Positions 17,151-32,226 are shown, counted from the first letter of the stretch. The stretch: 64,000 nt of DNA from the human T2T-CHM13v2.0 reference genome, Homo sapiens (GCF_009914755.1 NC_060928.1), one strand, 5' to 3'. A program made the numbers and translations. Notes: generated by a model not told the origin, from the letters alone.

Positions 17151-17937
17151 CAATAAATTAAATGTAAATTACTTTCCTCCCATTCTCTGCGGTTGGGCTC
17201 CATGGGAAGATGGGAGTGATCACAGGATCAGCTAGCAGATCTGGACAGGCCGCCTTCTTTGGAGTCTGAGCTAACAAAAAAGAAGAATGGAGACCTGTGT
17301 TCCAGGCTGGGCTTTGTCCACACTGACACAGCTCTGCGGTTCCTGTATCTAGCACGCAGAATCCTTTTCCTAAACTAATCTTCCTGTGTATCTTCACAAC
17401 TAGAAACGGGGCAAAGAGAAACTGAGAAAGAGGTTCACATGGGTACATCATTCAAGATTCAGTTATAGGAAATAGACGCCACTCTGTGTGTTTTAAGCAG
17501 AAAAGAATTTTTTTGAAAGGTAATTAAGCACTTATAAAATTATTGAAGGGGCTAGGAGAAAGGGCTCTAGGCTGGGCCTCTGAGATGATTCTCAGGAACA
17601 CACTGCAGAATTGGCCCAACAGGGAATTAGAGGCAGAAGAGGGTGTGTTGACTTCAAGGACCCACCTCCACAACCTTGATCCAGGGCAGCTGCTGCTGGA
17701 CACCCATGAAGCTAATGGTGGCCACTGGAACCCTGCTATAGAAAGCCCCTGGGGATTGAGAGCAGTGCTTGCCAGAGGAAGACAGCACAACAGGAAAGAT
17801 GGCCTCTGCCTCACTCCCACCCTCAAAACAACGACAATAATAATTATAATAGCACTAACATTTATTGATTTTAACTATGTACCATGGTAATCAATTTGTA
17901 TGCTTAACTCACTCAGTTCTCATAAAAACCCGATGAA

Positions 17938-19085
<1,148 letters not shown>

Positions 19086-19269
19086 TGTTTTCTTTAAAAA
19101 CAAGCAAACCAACACAGAGTAATAATTACAGGAGGATTGCATGTCAACAGTTCTTTATTTTTCAGGATCAAGCTCAAATGTCACCACGTTTGTGAAGGTT
19201 TCCCTTCTGGCTTGTTGAATACATACTTTTATTTATTAATTGTATTCTCGTCTGTGAACTATCATTTAT

Positions 19270-19665
19270 GTCTGTATTACTTTGCTAGGGCTGCCATAAC
19301 AAAGTGCCACAGACTGAGGAGCTTAACCAACAGAAAATTTTCACAATTCTGGAGGTTAGAAATCCAAGATCTAGGTGTCGGGCAGGTGTGATTTCTTCCC
19401 CTTGGCTTGTAAATGGCCATCTTCTCCCTGCACTTTCACACAGTCTTCCCTTTGTGTGTGTGTCTGTGTCCTAATCTCTTCTTAGAGGGACATCAGTCAT
19501 GTTGGATTAATCAACATGACTGGTGTTGAAGTCAACTCTCATGACTTCTTTTAACCTCAGTTACCTCTTTAAAGACCGTATCTCAAAATACAGTCACCTT
19601 CTGAGGTACTGGGGGTTAGGATTTCGACAAATGAATTTGTGGGGAGACCTAATTCAGCCTGCAAC
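19270..19665 (-). mobile_element. MLT1-type MaLR LTR
   Basis: TGTATTACTTTGCTAGGGCTGCCATAACAAAGTGCCACAGACTG...TTCTGAGGTACTGGGGGTTAGG. Confidence 0.85.
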
Positions 19666-19750
19666 AATGTCCTTTGCCAACGAAACGATTTTGCTCTCAG
19701 CATTTTTCATACCATACTTATGTGGCAATTTTGGTAAAAATACACTAACT

Positions 19751-20000
19751 GGCCAGGCGTGGTGGCTCATGCCTGTAATCCCAGCACGTTGGGAGGCCGA
19801 GACGGGCTGATCTGGAGAATCGCCTTAGCCTCCCGAGTAGCTGGGATTACAGGCATGTGCCACTACAATCTACTCAGGAGGCGGAGGTTGCAGTGAGCCT
19901 TGCTATGTTTCCCAGGCTGGCCTTGAACTCTGGGCTCAAGCAATCCTCCCCACTCAGCCTTCCAAGTAGCTGGGATTACAGGCACACACCACTGTGCCGA
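19751..20000. mobile_element. Scrambled Alu with alternating-strand pieces
   Basis: Plus-strand head 19751-19822, minus piece ~19823-19867, plus piece ~19869-19899, minus monomer ~19900-20000. Confidence 0.85.
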
Positions 20001-22191
20001 GTTCTAGTTATATTTTTACACATAAGAGTTAAATTTTTTTAATGTAGTTAAGTATGCCCTAAAGTTTGTCAGCTTTCCTTCAACTTATAGTTTCTCATTT
20101 TTTGAATTATAGTTTAGCTTATTAATTTTTGTTCTTGTAATGTATGTATCTTTAAAGTGTCTTGAGCTTATTTTGGTATTATTGAGGTAAGAACCTAAAC
20201 AGTTTTTATTTATCTGAATTTTAAACTAATTATTCCAACACCACCTTCTGAACGTGCCCTCCTTTCTTCATCTGACATGTGATGATACATCCTTTATAGA
20301 AACCGTATTCTTATGTAACTCTGGGGCTTTGTCCCCAAGACCTAGATATAGATTCAGACCATTACCAGAAAGAACTGCAAAACATTTCTTTACATTCTCA
20401 GCTGGGTCATGTCTCAGCCCATCTGGAAGCAGCTTAGGAGGGTCTTAGGCAAATCTACTTCCTTCCTTGCTCTTGTCTCCTCTACTGTGCCCCCAGAGTC
20501 CACACTTTGCTTCCACTCCTAGTTGAGGCTGTGAAGTCATTTACCGTTCACTTCTGAGAGAGGGAAGATAGGTTTTCCCCTCCATCCTGGAGGGCAACAA
20601 AACTCACATCCTTCAGGGATCTGACGGGTATGGAGATGTGAAGCTGTTGTTCTGGTGGGTAGAAGAGGGAGGTGATGTGAGAAACGCATGTGATTTCTGG
20701 GCAGGGCTGAGGCCCATTTGAGGTTGGGGATTATGAATTTGTGGTGGAACCCAGCAGCTTCATTGTGTGAATCTCATTGGTAGCTATTGGAGAGACTTAA
20801 ACTCCTTTGTTCATGGATTGAAGACAAGTAGAGTAGAGAAGTTAAAATCAGGGAGAGATGAAGAAAGAGGGAAGATATCTGCTTCAAAAAGAGATAAAAA
20901 AGATTAGCTTTCAACAAGAGAGAAAACACTTCATCTTCTGAGGAGGTGGGAAAGAAAAGGTGTGTGTGAGTGTGTGGGGGTGTATGTGGGGGTCAGGGGG
21001 GCGTGTTCAGAAACTGGAAGGGGCCCTGCCTGGCATGTCACAGTGCCCTCCTTCTTATTGTCGAAGAGGAATTGGAAGGACACCTCTCTTGCTTCCCTTT
21101 GTGGCCAGGGTCAGGTTGTATGTTCCAAGTTCTACCAATCTGATGCTCACTTGGCACTTTGAATCTGGACCATGTGACACCGAGGATTTGTTCGTGACCA
21201 CTGCAGTGACACTGTTGAGATGACAGCAGTGTCTGGTGTCACAGTGTCCCTCTTGACTGTCATGGTGAAAAGAAGACTATACGCTTCTTCCTCCCTTGTT
21301 CTCTGGAGTTGCCTTTGTTCCAGCTAGTTTTCCAAGTCTGGTCCTCAGGCCTCTGGCCAATATTGTAAACCTCCACTTTTCTCCTATTAGACTTGTCAGA
21401 GTCAGTTTCTGTCACCTGCAACCAAGAACCTTGACTGATGCTTTGCGGGGAGCTTTGGAATTAAAACACAGAAGGTTCTAATCTCAGCTCTCATACTAGC
21501 TTTGTGGCCTTGACAAGATACTCAAGCATTCTAAGCTCCAATTTCTTTCATTTTGTAAAATAATAATAATAATATATACCTTACAGGATTGTTGTTAGAA
21601 TCAAATGAAATAGTAAGTGTAAAATTGCCTCAGTCATGCCTGCATTTTTGTAAGGTCTTGCTGAAGGAATTATTCCTTGCAAAGCGCTTTCGTGTCTATC
21701 TTCCCATGTGACCTTCACAGCAAGGTAGTGCAGAGATCTCCATTTTACAGATATGGAATCTGAGGTTCACAGAGGCAAAGTGGCACCCTCAGGTTCACAT
21801 AAGGAGTGAATAAATATGGGGTTTAAATCCAGATTTTCTGATTCATGGTTCTGTTCTTCTAGAGCCCTAGCTGTGAGCATGTAGATGGATATGTGAGTTT
21901 CATGGTTTGTTTGTGGAAACCTTTAAAGACAGGTAATTTGGGGGAAAGAATTTGGAATGTATGACCAGCAAGATGTCTTTTAATCCTATAATTGTAGTGA
22001 AGAGGAGGAGAATAAGGACTGTCTGATGTACCCCCAGGTTAGAGGGAAAGAAGAGCAAACAGAGGTATGGAGTAGGGGACAGAGAAGAGGAGACTCAGTG
22101 CCTTTTAGGCCCCATAGAATAAAGAACGGTGTGGGACTGATGGACAGAATTCACCATTTCAAAGAGGTCAGAGAGAATGAGGACTCAGAAT

Positions 22192-23439
22192 AGGCCATTG
22201 GATGCAGCTACAGAGATGTCCCCAGTATTCAAAGACACCACAGTGTTCCCCAATCTATTTACCTATACTTATCCGATCATCAAATTAACAAATATTTTAA
22301 AGCATTTCTTTCATTCACAAAAGTTGACATAAATAGAATAACATTAATGGTATCTTTCATTAAATATACTGTATTATGCTTCTCACTAATTACCATTAAT
22401 CCTCTAAATGGTAATGTTCCCAGAAATGGAAGAACATAATAATAATTTCTAAAATCACCCCATAAAGCTGAAGGCAATTGATGATTTTTAGAACATTTTT
22501 CTATTGATCACTAGAAAAATGAATAGCTTTTCTAATACATGTAAGTGCACAATTAAAACACCAAAAAAAAAAAATAATCCTGCAATACAAGTAATGTAAA
22601 GCTATTTCCTAATATATGGGAACAGGAAGCGTATAATATAGTGAGTGGTTCAGACTTTTTAAAAAATTTTTGCAAGTTTCAGGAGTTAAATAAGCTCTGT
22701 GCCTGATGGGTTTGCTCAGCTCTGAAGTCACATGTAAATGCTGAGCACATTATTTGAAATTAACTTTGGAGGTCAATCAACACAGACAACAGAACATGAA
22801 AAAACTTTTTATGGTGCTTTGCATGGTCTCCTCTCTATCTCCTCTCAGTATAATAATGACAATGTGTTCTACAATGGAAAAAATATGAAAAATACAATGT
22901 GATTCTATTTTCTTTGGCAATTTTTTTTGAAAAAAGAATATATATATTTTGGAGACAAAGTCTGTTGCCGAGGCTGGAGTGCAGTGCACAATCATGGCTC
23001 ACTGCAGCCTCAACCTCCCGGGCTCAAATGATCCTCCCACCTTAACCTCTCAAGTAGCTGGGACTGCAGGTGTGTGCCACCACACCAGGCTAATTTTTAA
23101 AAATTTTTGATAGAGATGAGGTCTCACTATATTGCCCAGGCTTATCTTAAAATATATTTTAATATAAAAATATGTAAAATATAAATATGATAACTACATT
23201 TTATGAAAATGTATTACTGCCATGTTAACATCATCAAAACTTATGATCTTGGCCTTTTTTTGTCTCTCAAAAGAGAAGCACTGGCTCCTTTGGCAAAGGC
23301 TGACTCCAGGAAAGTCACAAACAGCATGATCCTTGTGATCAAATCCAGCCACCAGAGGTAAGGTGTAGGTAAGTAAATTGGGTAACATTGTGGTATCTTT
23401 GAATACTGGGGACTTCTCTGTAGCCACATCCAACGGCCT
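22192..23439. repeat. Inverted repeat pair of ~80 bp (22192-22272 and 23358-23439)
   Basis: AGGCCATTGGATGCAGCTACAGAGATGTCCCCAGTATTCAAAGACACCACAGTG... matches the reverse complement of 23358-23439 with about 10 mismatches by eye. Confidence 0.9.
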
Positions 23440-23821
23440 TCATCATTTTCCTCATTAAAGTTTGAGCAGCCATCACTGCTTGAACAGATGCATGGCCAAA
23501 TTGGGCTGCTTGGCTTTAATCCCTACTTTACCAGCACAATTCCCTTTGCATGGGAAGTGCCTCCAAAGGGGCTAGCCTTAAGGGCTGTGCCCAGATGGGT
23601 CTCCTTGTATGTTTATCATGATATTTCTCATCCCATTAGTAGCTATAGCACTCAATACTGGCGGTTCAAAGACCCTGATGCTTGCCCATCCTGCAGGCCT
23701 GAGCAAAGGAACAAGACAGGAGAGGCTCTTTTGCTAATTTTTGTATCGCTATTATAAAAACACAAAAAGATTTTCAAAAGGAAGAAAGAGAAGAAACACA
23801 AAAGAAGGTTTAGTGTCTAAA

Positions 23822-24318
23822 TGTCACGGAAATACCAGGGGTTCAGTCTAGGTTTTGCTGCTTGCTGCACAGAAAGCCAATCACTGAGACAATGAGTATT
23901 GCCAAGGAGCAAGGCTTTAATCAGGTGCTTCAGCTGAAGAAATGAGAGATCAGTCTCAAATCCATCTCCCTGGCCAACTAAAATCAAGGGTTTATATAGC
24001 ACAGAAGAAATGAAACTTCACCCACAAAAACAAGAATTAGGGAGGGGTAAGGAAGAGTTCATCCATAGGAAGTAAGTGGTCACTTATGCAATCATGATAG
24101 ATGAGGGGTCTGGTGTCTCATTGTCCAGATGTGGTGATCTGGTAAGTTTCACTTCCTGGATAGCATGTGGGAGATCCTGATGGTTGGTTTCCTGAGAAAG
24201 GAGCTCACATAAGAGAAATGTAACTTTCTTAAGTTTCAAGACTGGGAGGGTCAATTTCTAGGTTTATTCAAAAGAAACTATTAAACATCAGTTCTATGGA
24301 ACAATTAGATGGGTTTCA
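23822..24318 (-). mobile_element. ERV1-class solo LTR (family not determined)
   Basis: TG...CA termini with 4-bp TSD TAAA. Confidence 0.85.
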
Positions 24319-25552
24319 TAAACGCGATCTTAGTGAGTGTGCCACTTATCAGTGTATTACTGCTCAGCTCAAAAGCTACTCTACTATTTGCTCTGTGTTA
24401 ACCAGCTGGACCCTGTAAGCGGTTCTCCTTTGCAGCAAGCACTTTGTTAGGTTTTGTCAATAGAGGGTGCAAGAAGGACACTGCAAGAAGAAGGGACTTC
24501 TGGCTCTGATTCTTCCATTCATGTGACCCCCAGGCAGGAGAAGCACTGGACAATATAACAGCCTCTCTGTGGTGGAGGTATGAGGTGCCTGCAGGCCCAG
24601 ATCCCCTTTGCCATCAGGTGCTCCCGTCACCCTTGCCTCCCAGCTGCTGTGACTCTGGGCTGATGGACTCCACAGCTGCCCTGTTGCTGGAGAACTGCCC
24701 TCAGCCACACAGGAGCTGCCTTGGACCTGACCTCCCCAGGAGGCTCTGCCACATTCTCATCCATCTGCCCCTGGTCTGATGACTGACTCACAGGGAAGGA
24801 AAAAAACCCAGCCCGCTCTCCTCAAAGAAACTGACTCAGTGTGGCCATTTGTGCTCCAGAGCACCTTCATGGGGTTAGACTGAAGACAGGCTGCAGCTGA
24901 GACCACTTCCTCACTTAGCTTTATCCTCCATGCCATCCTGCATTCCTCACTCTGCTTCTCCTGAGAGCATCCACTAGTGAAGCACTGAAACAAGAACTTA
25001 CATCTCAGGCTCTGGTTCTTGGGAACCCAATTACATTTAGAGCTCTAACTCAGAGCATGGCAGAACTGAGCAGAAAGAAGGGAGACCTTCAGGGCAGCAG
25101 CAAAGAGGACAATGGGATAAGACAGAACTAGAGCAAAGAGGACATGGGATAAGACAGAACTAGGACATGAGCCTTATTCCTGTATCCCAAACTCAGCAAT
25201 CACAGTTTACTTCTCCCCTGCTGGGGAAGAGTGGGTGCAGGGCGAGAGAGAGGCAGGGGTATTATGATTGTGGAGCTCACCTCAGCTGCACGAAAGAGAA
25301 CACCAGGAAGGGGGACAAGGCATCACAGTGTCTAACAATGTGACACTGTTGTATTCATTTCCTAGGGCTGCTGTAATGAAGTGTCACCAACTGGATGGCT
25401 TAAAACAATGGAAATATATTCTCTCACAGTTCTGGAGGCTAGAATTCCAAAATCAAAGTGTCAGTGGAGACATCCTTGACTCTCAGACACATCACTCCAG
25501 TCTCTGCCTCTGTGATCACGTGATATTCTCCCGCTGTGTCTTCACATCATCT

Positions 25553-26848
<1,296 letters not shown>

Positions 26849-27084
26849 AAAGTCTTTGGAAAAGAGCCTATTTTTTTCATTCGTGGCTGTGACTTGACTA
26901 TGTACAAATACAAACGTCTTGGAGTATTTTCTTAACAAGGATGGATGATTCTACCAAGAATGGTATGATCATTATTACTCTCATCAGCTTCCAGCAACTT
27001 CTGTACTATGTCTGAACCACAGGTGTCCACAGTGACCCTGTCTCCTTTACACAGGACTAACAACAGCACATTTAAGTGCATTAA

Positions 27085-27492
27085 TATTACAAGAAAAACC
27101 TGGAATTGTATAGAAAAATGTTCCCACAAAGTGGGAGGGAGCCAAGAAACCAAAGAATTATTCAGAGAAGTCCAGCTTTGGCAAGTAGATGTGTTTATTA
27201 AGATTTACATACAGGGCACTCCTGGACAGCAGCAGGACTGCTCTAGAGATCTGTGCCACCTCCCATCTCTGAACTATCTTTAAGCTGATTTTCTGGCTCT
27301 TTGTCTACCGTGTTTGAGTGATGAGACTGTTTTTCTTGGTAGGTTCTCAGATACTCCTCAGGATGCTTAGGTTCTCAGGGATACCTGTTGCCTCAGCTGC
27401 ACAGCATGGCCTTGGCTCACTACCTGGCCTTCGAGGTTCCAGCAGCAGGCATGCACCCTTCAGTAACCTGGTGCAGGACCCATCACACTACA
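27085..27492 (-). mobile_element. ERVL-class solo LTR (LTR47-like)
   Basis: 408 bp, begins TGTAGTGTG on the minus strand, has an AATAAA signal and 5-bp TSD ATTAA (27080-84 and 27493-97). Confidence 0.82.
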
Positions 27493-28523
27493 ATTAAAAT
27501 GTGTATGTGGGAAGAATGCAACCCAAAGGGTTAGCATGAGTTATTTCCTGATGAGGAAATGTTTTAATGAACCTTTTTTTGGCTTTTCTTTATTTTCTAC
27601 ATTTTCAGCAGTGAATATTAGTTTTATGATACGAAAGCTCTTTCCTCTTAATAAATATTAATTTAAAAACAAAAAAATTAAAAGTTACAAGACAGGCAAT
27701 ATCCTCTAGATCACTCTTTTGCTAGTATTTTTGTCTTTTTTTAACCTTCAGTCCAGATTTGACATTGCTGTTGAAGCACTTACAAGTGTTCAGCATTCCT
27801 TGCTCTTTGGATGGCTATGTAGGTAGCAGAAGGGAAGGTCTTTCTTTGGGATTTTGCAGTCTCTGCAGGGGTTCAACATTTGCCTCCCAACCTGAATCAG
27901 AGCTTATTTTATTTTAGTTTTTTGCAATTGCACAGCTAATCACTACTTCTTATGTAAGCTCAGCTATGGGAATTATTTTTATTAAGCATAGCTCCTATTC
28001 ATGAAGGATAGAATAATTTTTTAAAAAAGAAATTAGTACAATGGTGTAGGGAAGAAAGAGTAATATTTTTTCCTTGCTTGTTGCAAGGTTCATGACTTAC
28101 GCCCCATAACAAAAAACAAATTAACAAGGGAAAAGTGTAACAAATTTATTTAACCAAAGTTTTATGTGACATGGCAGCCTTCAGAAATGAAGACCCCAAA
28201 AATGGAGGAAACTGTGCACTTTTATGTTTAGGTTTGATGAAGAGTAGATACTTGTGGAGAAACATGATTGGATAAGGGGGTATGATCTAACAGTAATAAA
28301 CTGGGGGACTTAACAAGGGCTGTGTGTTCAGATTTATCTTGGTGTCTCTGTGTGTTCATTCCCTTTCTCTGGCTGTCACACGAAGGTCTTATGACTGAGA
28401 AACAAAAAAGAAATCCTAAGTCCCCCAACTGACTGAAGGGACCCTCTCTTGGCCAAGAGGACCCCAGAGAAACTTTGAACACTGAGTTCCTGGACATGAC
28501 AGGACAGAAAGTCAGACACGCCT

Positions 28524-31131
28524 TGTATTAGTTCGTTTTCATGCTGCTAATAAAGACGTGCCCAAAACTGGGAACAAAAAGAAGTTTAATTGGACTTACA
28601 GTTCCACATGGCTGGGGAGGCCTCAGAATCATGGTGGCAGGTGAAAGGAACTTCTTACTTGGCAGTGGCAAGATAAAAATGAGGAAGAAGCTAAAGCAGA
28701 AACCCCTGATAAACCCATCGGATCTTGTGAGACTTATTCACTATCACAAGAATAGCATGGGAAAGACTGGCCCCCATGATTCAATTACCTCCCCATGGGT
28801 CCCTCCCACAATATGCGGGAATTCTGGGAGATAAAATTCAAGTTGAGATTTGGGTGGGGACACAGCCAAACTATATCAAACCACCACTGGCCCCTCCAAA
28901 TCTCATGTCCTCACATTTCAAAACCAATCATGCCTTCCCAACAGTCCCCCAAAGTCTTAACTCATTTCAGCATTAACCCAAAAGTCAACAGTCCAAAGTC
29001 TCACCTGAGACAAGGCGAGTCCCTTCCACCTATAAGCCTGTAAAGTCAAAAGCAAGCTAGTTATTTCCTAGATACAATGGGGGTACAGGTATCGGGTAAA
29101 TACAGCTGTTCAAAATGGGAGAAATTTACCAAAACAAAGGGGTTACAGGGCCCATGCAAATCTGAAATCCAGCATGGAAGTCACATTTTAAAGCTCCAAA
29201 ATGATCTCCTTTGATTCCAGGTCTCACATCCAGGTCATGCTGATGCAAGAGGTGGGTTCCCATGGTCTTGGGAAGCTCCACCCTTGTGGCTTTGCAGGGT
29301 ACAGCCTCCCTTCTGGCTGCTTTCACAGGCTGGCATTGAGTGTCTGCAGCTTTTCCAGGTGCATTGTGCAAGCTGTTGGTGGATCTACCATTCTGGGGTC
29401 TGGAGGATGGTGGCCTTCTTCTAACAGCTCCACTAGGCAGTGCCTCAGGAGGGACTCCGCATGGGGGCTCTGACCCCACATTTCCTTTCTGCACTGCCCT
29501 ACCAGAGGTTCTCCATGAGGGCCCCATCCTTGCAGCAAACTTTTGACTGCACATCCTGGCATTTCCATACGTCTTCTGAAATCTAGGCGGAGTTTCCCAA
29601 ACCTCAATTCATGACTTCTGTGCACCTGCAGGCTCAACACCAAGTGGAAGCTGCCAAGAAATGGGGCTTCTGTCCTCTGAAGCCACAGCCTGAGCTCTAC
29701 GTTGGCTCTTTCAGCCACAGCTAAAATGGCTGGGACACAGGGCACCAAGTCCATAGGCTGCACACAGCACAGGGACCCTGGGCCTGGCCCACGAAACCAT
29801 TCTTTTTCCTCCTGGCCTCCAGGCCTGTGATGGGAGGGGCTGCGTGAAGGTCTCTGACATGGCCTGGAGACATTTTCCCCAAGGTCTTGGGGATTAACAT
29901 TAGGCTCCCTACTACTTATGCAATTTTCTCCCAGTTTGAATTTCTCCCCAGAAAAAGGGTTTTTCTTTTCTATTGCATGTTCAGCCTGCAAATTTTCCCA
30001 ACTTTTATGCTCTGCTTCCCTTATAAAACTGAATGCCTTTAACAGTATCCAAGTCACCTCTTGAATGCTTTGCTGCTTAGAAATGTCTTCCACCAGATAC
30101 CCTAAATCATCTTTCTCAAGTTCAAAGTTCCACACATCTCTAGGGCAGGGGCAAAATGCTGCCAGTCTCTTTGCTAAAACATAACAGGAATCACCTTTGC
30201 TCCAATTCCCAACAAGTTCCTCATCTCCATCTGAGACCACCTCAGCCTCGACCTTACTGTCCATATTGCTATGAGCATTTTGGGCAAAGCCATTCAATAA
30301 GTTTCTAGGAAGTTCCAAACTCCCACATTTTCCTGTCTTCTTCTGAGCCCTCCAAACTGTTCCAACATCCGCCTGTTACCCAGTTCCAAAGTTGCTTCCA
30401 CATTTTCAGGTATCTTTTCAGCGATGTCCCACTCACTTTACTAGTACCAATTTACTGTATTAGTTTGTTTTCATGCTGCAGATTAAGACATACCCGAAAC
30501 TGGGAACAAAAAGAGGTTTAATTGGACTTACAGTTCCACATGGCTGGGGAGACCTCAGAATCATGGTAGCAGGTGAAAGTTACTTCTTACATGGCGGTGG
30601 CAAGAGAAAAATGAGGAAGAAGCTAAAGTGGGGCTGGGCGCAGTGGCTCACACTTGTAATTCCAGCACTTTGGGAGGCCGAGGTGGGCAGATCATGAGGG
30701 CAGGAGTTTGGGAACAGCCTGGCCAACACAGTGAAACCCCGTCCCTACTAAAAATACAAAAATTAGCTGGGCGTGGTGGTGGGCACCTGTAATCCCAGCT
30801 ACTCAGGAGGCTGAGGCAGGAGAATCACTTGAACCCAGAAGGCGGAGGTTGCAGTGAGCTAAGATTGTGCCACTGCACTCCAGCCTGGGTGACAGAGCTA
30901 GACTCCATCTCAAAAAAAAAAAAAAAAAAAAAAAGAAGCTAAAGCGGAACCTCTGATAAACCCATCAGATATTGTGAGACTTATTCACTATCACAAGGAT
31001 AGCATAGCATGGGAAAGACTGGCCCCCATGATTCGATTACCTCCCCCTGGGTCCCTCCCACAACACCTGGGAATTCTGGGAGATACAATTCAAGTTGAGA
31101 TTTGGTGAGGAGGCACAGCGAAACCATATCA
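28524..31131 (-). mobile_element. Full-length THE1B-like MaLR provirus (LTRs 28524-28878 and 30456-31131; AluS 30631-30934 in the 5' LTR)
   Basis: Paired LTRs, THE1-int and TSD CGCCT. The Alu is flanked by duplicated AAGAAGCTAAAG. Confidence 0.95.
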
Positions 31132-31333
31132 CGCCTCATTATACCCCCTCCCTCACTAACCACCATTAGACTTTTTTCCCTAAGGATTAAACAGAAACCA
31201 GCCCTTTGGAAAGACTGATTTCACCCTTCATTTAACCAACACCCTGACACTGCCCCTCCCTTTTGCAGCTTCCACAAAACAACCAACCAGCATTCCTTCA
31301 TGATAAGAGATCACCAACCATGGGCTGGTTCTT

Positions 31334-32226
31334 TTTTGTTGTTGTTTTTCACTCAGATCAAGTTTCCATGTATTCAAAAAATAAATAAGTTTAAAAAGTT
31401 GTTTCACTAACTTCAGTTTCAGAACTGACTGACATCAGGCATTTCTTATTGTCAAAGTCCACCCTTCAGAGAAGATAAGAAATTTCTGAAGTCTATCTTT
31501 GGATTCTTTTGGGATTCATTCTGACTAAGGAACATTTTTTTACAAGAAAAACCTGGAATTATGTAGAAAAACATTTCCCCAAACTGGGAGGGAGCCAAGA
31601 GGGAGCCAACATTTCATTGAGGGAAATGTTTCTTTGTTTTGCTCACATTCTTTGGGGAGCAAGAAAATACTGACTCTCCAGATGTAGGTGTTCTGGAAAT
31701 CAATACTGGGCTTTTGCCTTTGGAACCAGACATCTCATGATTTGGGTTTGCAGTCCTTCTCTTTGGTGTCTTCAGGCTGAGTTTACTTGAGGAGTAGTAG
31801 GATTGCTCTTCAATGCTGATAGAAAGCTTCTACTCTTACCATGATGTTTCACTGTTCTGCGGCATGTTTTACAAGTAATCAACAATACACTTTTGTCGTC
31901 TTTGAATTTTTTCACAATTTTTGCTTCTTTAAAACTGAGTGTATAATTTCATGCTTCTTGATTAATCAGTTTCTGTATTTTGGGTGTCAATGTGGCTTTG
32001 GGTTTGAGACACACTCAAGAGTTATCCAGAATCAGCAACTGCAAACAGTGTGGACACATTTCTTCAAAAGTACTCTTATCATAGGAGATAGCAGGCTTGG
32101 CCTTGGCAGCTGTTGTGCAGTCCCTGCTCTGAAGCTTCAAGGTAGTGCTTCTGTATCATGGCTGTCACTGCCACTTCCTTGTCACAGGGACCTGGTGAGA
32201 AAACATGGCACCAGAAGTTGGCTTCC
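31334..32226 (-). pseudogene. C18orf21: Processed pseudogene of C18orf21 (RMP24, Rpp21/Rpr2-like RNase MRP subunit)
   Basis: ATG at 32159: MIQKHYLEASEQGLHNSCQGQACYLL / DDKSTFEEMCPHCLQLL...KSVLLITCKTCRRTVKHHGKSRSF...LSQNESQKNPKIDFRNFLSSLKGG. Intronless, with stops and frameshifts, an A-rich tail at 31334-31349 and a 17-bp TSD ACCATGGG(C/A)TGGTTCTT. Confidence 0.93.

Noticed and set aside
31334-32226. First impression of an NPM1-type retrocopy
   Set aside because: The translation clearly matches C18orf21 instead.
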